In this document: positions 39,457 to 53,472 of the stretch, piece by piece | How the letters are laid out: each line of letters opens with the position of its first letter | How positions within the stretch are numbered: the first letter of the stretch is position 1 | Assembly (NCBI GenBank): GCA_964187785.1 | Contig: OZ076415.1 | Span: forward strand, 3,906,001-3,970,000 | Source of the DNA: Amphiscolops sp. MND2022 | Lineage: Eukaryota | Reading direction: 5' to 3' | DNA length: 64,000 bases | The notes under the pieces: generated by a model | What the model was told of the DNA's origin: nothing | The model's input: the letters and a program-made list of their open reading frames with translations, nothing else | Database searches by the model: none | Program-made: the position numbers and the translations under genes

Positions 39457-40230
39457 ATGATTCCTAATCGGTTTCAATGTGCTACATCACCAACTCGTAA
39501 TATACGTTCAATCACTCACGATGTTAGACCGTTGGTACAAAATCTCATCTTCCAATACACCAATCTAGTACATTTTGAACTGAATCTTATTTTATACATA
39601 CCATACCTCTTCTTAGAGAACATCTAGAATCGTATCTTTATTACGTCAGATATAAAACATATGATATAACTCCATCACAAACACATTTCCAACTCCTCTT
39701 TAACCCTGTTGAAGATATGAATACAAGAATATACTGTAGAACAATATATCCACAAAACATACAAAGATAAAAGTCCCAAACATCGACACAGAGATATACA
39801 GTCAAAGCAACCCTCATTATTGGTTACTACAAGTTTTTTTTACGAATCACTCAATTTCAATACAACTTTTTCCAGAACTTACGCTTAATGACGACAACAT
39901 GCCGCAAATTAAAGTCTTTGCAGGATTTCTTTTAAAGCTCTTTAGATTCAACTGTCAACAAATTTCGGTACAAAAAGATCAATCTCCATATATTGTTTTT
40001 CCACAAACCTTTTATGAAAAAGACTCCCTACCTTTCATTATAAAAGATGAATTCAAACAGTTAAAATATGTAAATCCTTTAGAACTCCATATACCATATT
40101 TTGACATTGTTACTTTGGATACTAATTTTTTTGCTGAACACTCTGAAACATCCGATAGTCAACCATATGCTACTATTCCTACACTTCAAACTCTTTTACA
40201 ACACCTGATGACACTAATATCCAAAAACCC
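39457..40230 (+). pseudogene. gag: gag N-terminal fragment of a further family member
   Basis: PLVQNLIFQYTN and FAGFLLKLFRFNCQ, homologous to the gag N-terminus at 16757 onward. Confidence 0.7.
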
Positions 40231-41429
40231 TGAAAAAAACCCATAATTCGAGAGATAAAAGTAAACTCTGAGTAAAAATCTTTAGGACATAAGTCAATAA
40301 AGAAGATGATACTAAGGTTTGTCACTAATAACACTCTAGATAAAACAGTATCGCTGAATAGATTATAGATCAGTGGGCTGATATCTAAACTGTGGAGCAT
40401 TCACCAAATAGACTAAAGAATAATATCTGGTTAGTGAGAGCATTGACTAAATAGATTAAGTTAGCTTCTTTAGACGAGATGTAAAACGTCAAATTGTCAA
40501 AGAGAGAAAGTTATAGAAAAATTCGATAAAAAACTTTTAAGGTCATGTATCGTGGCGTCATTATCAACCGAATTTTTTGAGAAAAAAAATTAAAAAACCA
40601 TATTGAAAAATTGGGTATATGTTCTGAAATTTTTCGTATATGGAGTGAGAGTTGCCTAAAGTGGTTCAAACAACTTCTTATGGTGCGGTTCAGTTCACTT
40701 TGGTGCGAGTCTTGAACGGTTAGAAAATCAAGTAACTGACATATCGGTTCTAGTTATTGTTTGACAACATGTATTATGAATTTGGATTCAAATTCAGATA
40801 AGTGACAATTCATCGGCCCTAAAAGAAAAATATAGGTAATCAGCCGAAATTTTGTGACATGAACGTACTTTTTGAAGGCCTAAAAGTTTTAATCTCTAAT
40901 GGAAGACAATGCCAATGAGTTGTGAATTAACATTGGCGGGTAGTGAACGAAAGTGAAAAGGTGATTTTACTCAAAGAAAACGAAGCAAAGGACGTTGAAA
41001 AAATGTTTCAAATTTAGCAAAAGATATCGAAAAAAAGTTTGTAACTTAGAGAATTGAAAGTGTATCATAGTGTTCTAGAAGCATGAAGCTTTTACTGTGA
41101 ACAAAGATGGGCAATTATATATTGGTAGGAGTTGTGTACTGAAGATTATTGTGCGCAAGCATCAGAAAAGATTATACAGGAATATTTATGGATTACAAGG
41201 TTAATAGACTAAAGCTAAATAATTATACGAATATTAAGTCTACAACTAGTGGTTGAGTGAAATGTTTCATCATAAAGTGAAAAGTTTTTATCTCTGTTAA
41301 TAAAAATGGAGTTCAGTTTGAAACAGTTTGAAACATGGAACAGAGTTCAAAAACTGTTGACTGCAATGTGTCTGGGTTGCACAGTGAAGAACGCAGGGTA
41401 GAAGTCTTCACGACGTCAGGAAGATGATG

Positions 41430-42214
41430 GAGAAGAAGTCGTCAAAAGTCAGCAACAGTGAAAAAGAAGTCTGCAAAGTCAGCAACGGGAGGGGAGAGGT
41501 TTGCAAAAGTCAGCAACGGACGAGAACAAGTCTGCAAAACTTGAAGTCATCATGGAAAGCCAGGTTGGTAGTTGTTAGATTGATGAGAAGATATGGGTTG
41601 AGTATGATGCTTTATCGGGTCATTAGGTCATAGGAGAACCCAAAGTCTTTTAAGACAGAGTTGAAAGCATTGACAGCTTCTTGTACTACATGAAGGAATT
41701 AGAAAATTCTTTGCTTGAAGGAAGTGCAGTCGAAGGCAAAGACATTGCAAGAGGTTGTTTCGCAATTTACAATGAGATGTCCAGACATATAGAGTCAGTA
41801 ATATTGTTCAAATGAGATCTTTTTTGAATAGCTAAGAAAAATGTTAGACATGATTTTAAAGAAAGCACGGCGGTTTGAAGGAGAAATGGGGCCATTGTTG
41901 ATTTCATTTCAAATTTTAAGGGCCAAGGTTTTGAGAATTGCAGCTTTCAATGAATGGGCATTGAAGGAAGAAACTGTTTGATTGGATTGACTTGCGATAC
42001 AAGCTGTTGAAGTTTTCTTGAATGTTTTAGAATTCATTGCCGTTTTGGAGGAAGAAACGAGACAATGGGCGGAAAGGGTGTGGTTGAAAGATCGAGAGAC
42101 GAAGAGGACCCTAGACTGGAATTGACTAAAGGAGGTTGGGTCGACAGTTGAGATGGACGATGCCATGGACAATGGGGGATGGGAGTGAGAAGAGAAATCA
42201 TTAGAAATGAACAA
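41430..42214 (-). pseudogene. ORF-X4 homolog (copy E)
   Basis: Aligns with the C-half of 4115..4807; several stops. Confidence 0.55.
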
Positions 42215-42399
42215 TCAAGATAACGTTAGAGATTCAAAAGATAACTCTAATGAAAACGTTAGAGATTCAAAATTCGAGATACCAATAATTCAAGAATTGT
42301 AACACAAAGTATGAATAGGGACTGGGATTACTTCAAAAGGATTGAAAAACGTTTCAAAAGGTTAGCAACAGTTCAAAAGATGTTACCTGTATGGGATAT

Positions 42400-43260
42400 G
42401 AAGTGTACCATGAAGAAAGAAAATCAGTTTTACATGAGACGTGGTATATGGGAATAGAAGAACGAATTTTTTTTAGTTTCGAGCGTTGTTTAAAGGGCTT
42501 TGGATGATTTTGTGATTCGCTGTAAGTCAATATCCAAAAATTGTAATATCTAGAGAGTGTGATCGTAGCATTCGAGCAGAAACAAGTGTTTAATTACACT
42601 GAGAGGTTTTGCGATGATTGTAGGAGCATTTCAAGGCAAGAGAATGTCATCGAAGTGAGTCAAATATTCCTGAGGAACAATGATAGGTCTGGATGTATCG
42701 TTAAACGGCCAGAGACAGTAGTACTGCTTTATAAGGTCATAATTTCGTTGATAGTCAGTGATTCGAGAGTGATCAAGGGTGTTTAAATGAGTCATAGTAA
42801 ACGGTGATGTATATTTGTAGTTCACGAAGATGTAATTTTTTTGGTTTTTGATGTTTGAGAAATGTAGTGTATGTATTGTGATGTGTTGTCTTATGATAAG
42901 ATGAAAGAAAAGAAGAATCATTTTCATCATTTTTCAGGTCATAAAGTGATTGTCTGAGGTATTTAAACTGAAATGAGAAAATTTCAACATTATTGTCAAG
43001 CCAAAACTGATGGGAGTCATTATTTTTGAGGCAATAGATGTGTAGAAGTCTTGATTTTTGTCACAAAGTTTGAAGGTGTAGACTGTAGAGTGCATATATT
43101 GTGATGTGAGTTGAGATTTGCAAGTGAAAGTGTCGTTTGAGAAAAGTGGTATAAGAAAGTCATCTCTTTGCGCTGAAATCGAATCTTTTGAAGAGATGTG
43201 TGGTGAAAGTACTGGAGAAGTTAGAAAAAGGATTTTTCATTTATCATGTCTTTTATGGTA
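42400..43260 (-). pseudogene. ORF-X3 homolog (copy E)
   Basis: KSQLTSQYMHSTVYTFK and the ITDYQRNYD...IIVPQEYL blocks match copy A. Confidence 0.7.
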
Positions 43261-44174
43261 GAGGTAATGAAATAGATTGTTCAGAAGGTTTTTCAACTTT
43301 AGATGAAACTTCATTTTTATCAGGAGTTTCAGAAACAGTAATAAAAAAGTCCACTTGTTCTATCGGGTTGTCTGTAGGTGCAATAGGACTGAGAAAGAGA
43401 ATTGGTGATGTGTTATATAATGGTGTGGTTGACGGGTCTGAGATATTTGAAATGTTCTGTGAGTCAAATTGGGATTGAAGAGAATCAATTTACTTGAAAA
43501 TTAATTGTGTTAAAGATTTGATGAAGGATAAAAAGAGGTTTATTATCGTGTTTTGAACGTGTAGAAGACTTATTTGAGTTTTATTGGGGTGATGAATTCC
43601 AGTGAAAAAATGTGAAAAGGTGACCGACTGGTTTTCAAGTGTAAAGAAGTGTTAAATGACCGATGTTAAAAAGATGGCGGGAATTAATAGTCAGTTTTAG
43701 AATATATCTTGGCAGGAGTTTCCGTTTCATGGTTGTCAAGTGTTGTAGATTTCGATGGATAGGTGTAAGATTTTGCAGTGACACTTGAGTATTGGAGTAA
43801 TGAGGGGTGTGACATAGATGACGTTACTGGTTTTGAGTTGTCAATAGGGATCGTAATATAGGACTTGCGTTTTGGAAGAAGTTTGAGGTTTGAAATTTTG
43901 GGTACTTTCCTGGTAGGACGTTAAGTATAAAACGGTGGTGCAGAGATAATCCCGTTTGAGTTTTGAGTGTTGTTATTTCGACTTGTTATTTCAGACTGTG
44001 AGATGGGTAATTGGAAATAAAGGAAATAATGGGTAATTGGAAATAATTGTTGTTATTTCAGACTGTGAGATGGGTAATTGGAAATAAAGGAAGATTGGTG
44101 TAATGGGTTTTCGGTAAATGTTGACAACGAAAATTTGGAAGAAGTTTTGTTCAAAATCACTGCTCCTTTTCAGA

Positions 44175-46475
44175 GTTAGCATCTCTGAGGTCATTACCAT
44201 TTCGGCTGTAAGAATATTGGAAAAATCATGTGCAATATAATTGATAGTGGTAGTATTATGTTCACAAAATTATTTGCTGGAAAATGTTTTGTAAATTTTG
44301 ACAAGGGATGTTAAAAGTGCTTGTATGAAACGAAATGTATAAACAATTTTTCCACATAGTGTAAGGATGTAACATGGATATCCAAGCATTGTTATGAACG
44401 CATCAGCAAACCATGATGGTGTAAAAAGTGGAGTGAGGCTTAAGAGTTCATCATGTAGTCCAATACGTACTGTTTTATATGGGTTTGTTGGATAAATGTG
44501 GGCATCAGAGTAGTCTGGAGTCTTAGAAGAAATGAATGAATAACGAAGAGCTTATTCGAGTAGTTGAAGTGTTGTATCGGAGTGTTTTGAAAAAAAAGAT
44601 TCTGTTCTAAAATTGATCGTGTTCTGCATTTGAATATATACCAGCGTCTTGAGCTGTGCATGTATTTGGGCGTATAGTAGTTTTACTTTGAGTTTTGTGT
44701 AAACAAATGAGGTGGTTTTCGTTTTATAGGTTCTGGAAAACGAATATAGAAGTCTTGATTGTCAGCATCAAGATCAAGTTCGATAATATTTCGTGGGTGA
44801 TTATCGCAAGGTTTAGGGGTAGCAATAATAAACGTTTATCGAGTGAGGGGATCTACATACAGAGAGTTTCTTTGTAATGTATAGGTATTCAGTCAAAGCA
44901 ACTAGCAGCTTTGTATAATGGTAATAGGAAAAGAGAACAGTCATGCAGACAAGCTGTGGAACCTTCGACATAAAGGAAACTGCTCCGGTTTCCAGTTAAT
45001 AGGAATCCACCGGGTTGAGGGTTTTGTACAGACATAGCAAATATTGTAAGGAGTTTAATACGTTCTAATTCGCAAAAAGTTTGAGGGGTATCAAGTTCTT
45101 GTACAGTCATAGACCGAAATACGTGGTTGATGGTGTAATCTTTTATAGTATTTATTTGGGCATCATAGTCAATGGTAGCCAACTTGTTTGATACTTTTAG
45201 TGCTGGAAAAACAAAAATTTTTGTTGTAGGTCCTAATACTATTCTACCGGAAATACATTCGTTCATCATAGACTGAGGATTAGGTTGTCCTGTTTGCATA
45301 TTGAAACCTTCTTGGTATGTACCAAAAAAATCTGAGTATTGCGTAGAAGAAAGGGGTTCAGGTTCGCCACAGAATGTTTGAGTTTGTGGGAAGAGTTCCA
45401 AACGTGGAAGTCTTGGGTCGTGTGGGTTTTGTTTATGTGGTGCATGAATGTATGGAAAGGAAGTGCCTTTAATTCCATAAGAAGTATCAGATTTATTTGG
45501 GAGTGAAGAATGGCTAAAATAGTCTGTTTCAATCCAAAATTTGTCTTCGATTTTAATCATTCTTCCAAAATAGTCATGAGTGTGTAAATTAAGGAAAAGT
45601 CGTCACTAAACAAACAAGGGTAAAATGGGTTTTAGTAGCGGATATACAAAAACAGTCAGCAAAGTAACATGGTAGAGTATGTCCATCTAATACCATTATG
45701 TTTTGTGGATCATCATAAATAAGTTCTACTTCAGAAACTGAAATACTCCAACTAAGTAAATTTACTTCAAGTTGGTGGTGTGTTGGACAATTGTGTAAAG
45801 GGTTTTTTGTGGATCATAAATCGAAATTTTATCTTCTGGCATATAGGCGAAAGTATCAGTGTGCATTGTATTGAGGTTATTGACTGTAAAAGTGGTTTGA
45901 AATTGATCAAGTTTTTCTTGGAGGCAATGGACTTCTAAGAGTGTTAGAAGACCATAATACGATAAGCGCGATAGTAATAAGTGCGATTGTAATTAAAGTT
46001 GTTTAATGTTTTGTTATTTGTACCATTCAGGTGTCTGATCAGATTTGTACATTCTAATGGATCTAGAGTGATAGGAACAGGTAGGTGTTTTGTGGTTCCA
46101 AACCGTTTCGTCAACACTTCGAAATTTTACTGAGACTTGAAACTATTTTTTACGTTTTTTCTTGGCGTCGGCTTCACATTTGAAAGCTGTAACGCATTTA
46201 GCTTTAGCTCGAACATAAACTGCGGCTTTGAATTTTGCTTGTTGAACCTTTGAAGGAGCTTCAGGACGTGGTTTCACATTTAATAGATTGAATTGTCTCA
46301 AATTATGTTGGTTTTTACAATCGCAATGAGAAACCATAATGGTTTTATTATTAGGATCATCTGGAAGAGGACAATTGTCTGTAGCAGTAACTTCAATAGG
46401 TATTGAACTTACAGAGTACAGAAAAATGTGACAGAGGTGAGTGTATACTTTTACGTGTATATAAGATGTGAACAT
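44175..46475 (-). pseudogene. env: Class III envelope glycoprotein (copy E)
   Basis: MVSHCDCKNQHNLRQFNLLNV, VYVRAKAK, KFWIETD, CELERIKLLTIFAMSVQNPQPGGFLLTG and a TM region at about 44300-44400. Confidence 0.85.
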
Positions 46476-46499
46476 ATGTGTTTTAAAAGTATTTATTGT

Positions 46500-47700
46500 T
46501 TTTGAGGCCTAAGTAGGTATTGTAAAGATTTTGCCAAAAGTTACCTCTGGAAGAGTATGATCTCTTTTGACTTCTACAAATGTGACGAAAAAAGGGAGCA
46601 GGTGTATTTTTTGTGTTCTAATCTAGATACTTGGAATACTGGAAGAGGATTCAAGCCTTGAAATTCAATTTTTACTGCAAATTTTAATTCAAAATTAGTA
46701 TTTTGAAGACGTTTGAATTCAGGTTCTTTACGTTTATCAGAAAGTATATCGTTGTTATTTATGAATCGTTCTGTGAGAAGCGTAAAACGAGGATCAAACT
46801 TAGGTTCATATTGATTTTCAGCAAAGATAGGAGTAGGAGGTCTGTAGTTATCTGCAGTGAAAGATTCTGGAAGACGTACTCTAGGTTGTGCTGGAGTAGG
46901 TACTAAAACTTCTGAGAAAAAATGTCCAGAGAGAAAAGCAGTCTGTACGTCAGACAATATTACGGAAGCAGTGTCTACACTAGACGTAAAATAAGAACGT
47001 GGAACGAGTTCAGAAGAGTGTGTTTCAGAAAATTGAGGTTGAGCGACTTATCTCAGAAGGCAAGAAGTTGAACTGCTAGAGAGTGCAGATACATTGAGAG
47101 TAGATGTATCAGTGCTTAGTCTTCGATTAGGCAAAGGGCGAGGGATTGTATCTATATTGAGTTATAAACAGTTTAGTATTCGAGTTTTGGGATGGGGTTA
47201 TATCTTGTGTTGAATCGTCTTCTAATACGTTTAATAGTGATGTAGAAATTTTATTCAGTGGTTTCAGATTAGGATAAAGTTGTGTTTTTTGGATAATTCA
47301 AGGGCGGTACAATGGGTTGTTTCTGTACTAGATCTAGCTGAGGTTGTATTCTAGCTCTTTTATTAGCTGTTCCATGTTTTTGCTGTTTATTGTGTTTTTA
47401 TTTGGTGACAGATTCGGGATTTGGTATATGAACAAGAAGGAGTATGAATGGGTGATGATCGAGATTAAATTGATGGAGTGATAGGTTTTTCATGTATGGA
47501 AGGTCGATTAGTAGTAGTTGATTAGTGTTTGATTAGATTGAAGATGTACTAGAACTAGTTGGAGAGGTATGAAAAATGTTTGAATTTGGTCTTTTAGGTG
47601 GTATTGTTACATTGCGTGGTTGAGTTGTTATTACTCTTTGAGAAGTTGAGCTTGTTAAACTTGAGGTGCATATGGAGAAGTTTCTGAAGGAGAATCCAGA
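46500..47700 (-). pseudogene. ORF-X2 homolog (copy E)
   Basis: ORF 46574..46957 plus an upstream S/P/T-rich region. Confidence 0.7.
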
Positions 47701-48129
47701 CTGTCAATGTTTTGATGTTTATGGTGCTGCTTGTTAATACGTTTTAAGTCTTCGAAATTTCGAAAGTTTTTTCTAATTGTTAGATCTTTTGAAGATTCTA
47801 AGTTTCAATTTTCAATTTTTGCTCTGATTTCAGTGTGACCATGTAGGTATCTGAAAAGTTCTGAATGATCATTGTTTCAAAACTTAGGATGTTGAAGGAA
47901 AAGTCTATAACCATTTCGTGCTTGTTGACTCAATTGATAATGGGATTTAATATGTCTATTGTGGGACGTGTCAGTATGAAAAGGAAAAGCTGTCAGTAGA
48001 GTGACAAATACGAGAATGGGAAGGATTACTGCCATGAATTTCGATAAATGTCCTGAAAGATGAAGTGTCATTTAAAGAAGCATGAGGATTGGAGGGATAC
48101 ACGGTCTTAGAAGATTCATCGTCTGATGA

Positions 48130-49240
48130 TGAAGAATCACTATTAGCGGTTTTATTGGTTTTTGGAATGTATTAATTGAGAGAGTCTGAGAATCGCATGA
48201 AGTTTTGCTGATGAGGGTACCGCAGTGGTTCGTTTGTGTAATAAGGTATTAGATGGTTTCGATGAATATCAAATGTAGTACGATCTTGTGATGAACGTTC
48301 ATAGGTTACGTCTGAGAGTCGATCCAATATTTTAAAAGCACCAACACGAGGTGGTTTAGGTTTGTCTGAGAAGTGAACATGAGTGAAATTAGGTTTCAGT
48401 ACAAATGTACCAAGTGGAAGGTTTACCTTCATAATAAGTTTTTGTTATATATGATTGGGAAAAAATAAGTAAAGTCATGTAGCAATTTCAACAGCGAGAA
48501 ACCTCTGTGGAAAAAGGTTTGATACTGCTTTGTAAAAGAATTGGTTCAGTTCAGTTTTGTCATAATGAGAGTGTTCTGGTAGTTCAGAGCAATATTGTGA
48601 TATACAAGTGTTATTCTTATTACGATTGTGAATTCTTTGCAGAAGCGTACATATTAACTTGATGTGCCAAATCCTTGGGAGTGCTTTGTATGATCATACA
48701 ACCCTGTGTACTAAGATTTTTATTTTGAACTTCAATCAGTTCATTAGTCCAATTGGAGTACGGAGTTCTAAGAGAGTGTCTAATACCCGTGAATGTACAA
48801 AGATGTGCCATATCGGTGTTAATATAACCTGAGCCACGATCAGTGAAAAGATATTTAGGAGGTCCAAACTTGACAATCCAGTGATTTAAGAGTGTTTTAA
48901 CGCCTCTTTTGGCGTTGTTAGATTTGATAGGTTCTGTAACAACAAAATGGTTAAAAGTATCAACAATATCGTGTGTATAAGATTTGTTCTGCGAAGAAGG
49001 AGTGAAAGGACCTTTAGTGTCCATTGAAATACGGTAGTTGAGAGAAGGAGCATGTTCTGAAAAGGTTGAATAGGAGCAGTATTGCTTTTCATATTGAAGT
49101 GTTTGTAGCGGTGATATTTAGGACAGTTAGGTATGAAAATGGAATGAAGTAGTTTTGGGAAAATGTATTGTACCTAATTTTAGTTCCAGTGCCACTATGG
49201 TCGTGGAGTTAGTTGAAAGCTGTTTTAGAAGGTCTAAAAG
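48130..49240 (-). pseudogene. pol: Integrase (copy E)
   Basis: MDTKGP, FTDRGSGY, NELIEVQNKN and RVGAFKI. Confidence 0.9.
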
Positions 49241-52200
49241 GACGACAGATTCTGATATCACTATCAATCAATGGTGGGTTATTAGGTAGTGTGTCAGAAG
49301 AGAATTTGTCTTTTTTGTGTATAGACTGATGATTTTGGTACCATCATCAGAAAAATTGGGGAAAACTTGTACTATGCGTGTAGAAATCTATGTATTAGAT
49401 TGTAGAAGAATCAGGTATAGTATTTATTGCGGGTCCAGTAATATGCAGTTTATAAAACAGGGTCTTGGGTTTGTCGGTGTTGAAATGTATGTAGGTCTAA
49501 TGAAAAATCATCGGGTAGGAAGAAACCTTGAAAGTAGTTTTTAAATTTACAGAAGAAGGGTCCTAAAAGGGTATGACTTGAGAAGTAAGAGTAGAAAATT
49601 TGATAGGTTCTGTTGTATCAATGACAGATGTTCGCAATGAAGCAGTTGTGGTTTCGTAGTTGTATAATAGTTTTTTGAGTGTGAAAGAGTGGATTTTTGA
49701 TACGTATCATTTAGTTGATCATTGGATGAAAGTGTGACAGATCTTTGAATGTGAGTGTATACATAACCATAGTCATCACTAGTGGCATCATTGTAATTAT
49801 GGAGTAAAAATTGTTGATGCAGATTTTTGTTATGTTTCTTAGCAGGTGTTTCATATTTGTTTTCAAATGGAATTATAGATTTGAATGAAAAAGAGTCTAA
49901 AGGTTTGACAATAATATCGTTACTTTTGTTGAATATACGATTTGAAAACTGATCTGTTCCACAATCAACAAGGAAAAGATGGAATTTATTTTTTGATAAG
50001 GTAGTATTTTGTAATGAACAGAGGTGCTAAGTATTGTTTTGTAGGATAGCAAAATTAGCAAAATGTAGGATAGCAAAATAAATTTATCTCTCCAGATATA
50101 TAGTATTTGTTCGTGAGTAGATATATGTTCACAGATTGCAGTTTGTCTAACTGCAGGTGCAGATTTGTCAGTTGGCAGTAAATTGGAATATTTCGGTTCT
50201 GTATGTCACCGTATACCATTCCCACCCCCTGGGAGCTTCTTCCGGCTGTCTTGATATTGCTGAGGTATCTGTTGGCATAGGGCTGTGTATCCGGACAAAG
50301 CCGGCGGGCTTCCGTAAGTGGTGAGATATCGCCTTTCGGTCGTTCAATTTTTCTCCTGTAAACAATAATCAATGAAATTTCATACCCCGAACTTTCATGT
50401 ATAGTTAACTCTTCGTACATAACTAGCTGTTTGCTTTCACGGTCTGGTAGTTTCGGTTATCATTTTTTTCGCAAATTTATTTCACCTCCAATCTACAGCT
50501 TCCTTTACCTCGAGTATTTATTTTCAGAAATTATAACGGGTATCGGCGCTGAAAGTATTTATCTAATGTTCCGCTCGTGCAATAGTTCCCAAAAACGTAT
50601 ACAATTTTGATGTTTTTTTGTTCAAACACGGAAATTGACATTTTTTTCAACAGTTTGCGAGCACAAAGGTATTTGATGAAAAAAGTATTAATGTACAAGA
50701 AGTATTTTGCGACACTGACACTCGCAGACACTTTTTACATCATAGTTAAACTGCAGTGCTTACAGAAACTCCATGTCTTGCCGAAAGTTTTTGCAAGGAA
50801 AGGAATTGATCGGCCTTTAGTTTCATTGATGTCGGGCAACCACTCATTTGTAGAGAAATCCTAATTATTACTTGGAGACTTAGTGATGCAAAATGAAATG
50901 TTCAATACGCAGCTCCCAGAAACCGAATAAAACTGATTGAAGAGCTTTAAAAGTATTTCAACTAGAGTATCCACGCTTTGCTTAGTTTTTCCGAGCATAA
51001 GACGAATCATTTTGTAGACAGTGGCTTAAGATAACTGTCGAATCTTCCAGATGATTGTCTCATATCATATTTATTGTACTAGCATCGAATAATACAACTG
51101 AAATAAAGAGCCAAATTTATCAATTAAGATTTGAATTTTGTTTCACAAAGTGAGGGAAGGAAAAATCGAAAAATAGAGTAGTAAAGTTTTGTTCAGAGTA
51201 AGAGTTACATGGATTAAATTTTTCATTTGAAGTCGCTGTGTTGGATATCACCACGAGCAGATCTTGAATGTTTCTGGAAACGTCGACGTAATTTTCGATG
51301 ACTCAACATTGACTCCGAATTCAAAAAATTTAATCGCAGTCAATATTACTCACACGTCTCTCATAGTTTTGTTTCCGAAAAAAAAGGTAAGCGTTCTCTC
51401 TAAGCGTGAGAAGTTTCAATATTCAAAGTGATGTATGAAATCGCAATTCTCAAAAACTCGCCGATAAACGTTTTGTGTTTAATACGACTCATTAATTGAA
51501 AGGAGGGGTTTTTCGAAGAAAAAAAACGTTAAACCTCATTGAAAAGTTGAGCTGTTAAAAATGTGTGTTGTTATAGTTGTTATTTCTTTTATCGAGCACA
51601 TAAGAAATGCCCAGAGCGTTGATTGGGGGTATTATAAAAGTCCTTTTGGTCCTGTGAGGATCACAAAAACCGAAGTGATAATTGACACAAATATCCACAA
51701 TTTTCCCCATAATACAGTCCCTGGCTGGAAGTTCATAATGGGAGCCCAAGAACAACGTAAAATATTTCGAAGCATCCTTTAAAAGCGCTGAAACGTGAAA
51801 TTAGAATGGGAAAGTCAAGTGGTTATAGGATAACTTGGTAACCTGATTTTGTTTCTTTGAGAAATGATGTTTTTGATGTGACCTTCTCGCACCGTCCGAA
51901 GGTCGCCATTCTACAAGTTGGGCCCAATGGTGGCCTTTTCTAGTGGTACAATTTTTCTAGTGGCCTTGGTGGCGCCAAATTTGATCCACGTGAATTGTAC
52001 CTATATTTTTTGACGGGCATGTGTTCTGTTTGGACCAACTTTTAGGATAGAGGCTTTTGGACAGTGCGAGAAGTTCATTTCAAAATTTGTATTTGTCGTA
52101 AAAACATTCTCTGGTACCCCTAGTCATCCTAAAACTACTTGATATCAGTCTAAAGTCTAATGTAGCATATCACAGATGTTTCATACACAGGTTCTCCAGG

Positions 52201-52858
52201 CATTGAAAAAGTTCAACATATGCTTTGGGACAAGTTTTTTTCCAAAGGTTTCCAGTATTTTTGCAAAAACGACTTGAAAGAAGTCTTCCAATGGCATTGT
52301 TTAAATGAACGCTTTAGGCTATCGGAATAATTTCGACAGCCGCAGAGTCGTTAATTTCATATCACTTGGGCTGTCTGTAGTCTTTGACACAAATGAGATC
52401 CATTGAGACCAAATTTATGTACAGCGATTTTCGGATAGTGTGAGAAGTTCACTTCAAAAATATATTTTTTGCGATAAACCTATCTATGTTCGTTTACTTG
52501 GTTAGGTATATCGAATGATATAGCCTGTTTACTTACGATTAACAAGTGATACAGCGTTTGGTTAGGAGTATTGTTCATTTCTGCGTCTTAACTTGGGAGT
52601 ACCGACTGCTCCAGTGTGTTTGGATACGTAAATCAATTCCCTTTACGAATTTCGTTATGTATAGCGATTGTAATAGCGTGTTTCCTCATGAATATCGATT
52701 TCAACAGCATGTATGGTTAGGCAGTTACTCTCAGTCATCCTGAGACTACTTGATATCAGTCTCTGGCTATTGCAAACCTAATTTCATGTCAGGTTTCCAG
52801 CATTTCGACAAAAACAACATGAGAAAACTCGTCCATTGACACTGATTTATTGAACCCT

Positions 52859-53212
52859 AGTAGTAGAAGTACGTGGCATTCGCGGTGGGGGGGGGGGGGG
52901 GGGGTTGAGTGAGTAACCAAATATGGTCATAACGCAGACTCCAAATGACGTCATGATTGCGACACAATGACGTAACCAAATGCAAAACATTTAGAATAAC
53001 GTCACCAATCATTACATTTCATTGGTTGACGAAAAAAACGACTAACAAAAGTGGAAAGGTTTTTGTTAAAAATAACGCAGACTTCAAATAACGTCATGAT
53101 TGCGACACAATGACATAACCGAATGCAAAAACATTTGGAATAACGTCACCAATCATTGCATTTCATTGGTTGACGAAAAAGAGCGACTAACAAATATGGA
53201 ATGGTTTTTTCC
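52859..53212. repeat. Putative left terminal inverted repeat: AGTAGT end, G18 run, two 143-bp direct repeats
   Basis: G18 at 52887-52904. Repeat copies start at 52929 and 53072. The partner TIR is outside the window, so TIR length is unknown. Confidence 0.7.
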
Positions 53213-53472
53213 ATGAGCCAAGCAAAAACTGAGTCTAAAAGTAGTTAGTTTGCTGGGTGATAAAGTAGTACTTTGCACAAATCCTAATTATCTTGCCTTC
53301 TTCCTTCTAGTGGGATCTGTTGGTATCCAGGTTTGAGCCTCAGCACATCCTCAATATTCTTTCCTAGTATTTGTGCAAGGGCTACTTTTCGGCAAAAAAA
53401 ACACTGATGGTTCAAAGCGAAAAGTGTAAATTCTCTACATTTGTGTTTTCGTGAATACTACTTTGAATTTAG

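Larger units (their letters stand above)
40250..50040 (-). mobile_element. Inverted, 5'-truncated copy E (INT, X1, X2, env, X3, X4, 3' region)
   Basis: Strand composition flips (plus strand G-rich). Minus-strand peptides are homologous to copies A and C in the same order. Confidence 0.9.

Noticed and set aside
51915-51985. Short palindromes (TTGGGCCCAA, GGCGCC) and TTTTCTAGTGG twice as MITE or Helitron ends
   Set aside because: No partner terminus or TSD found.
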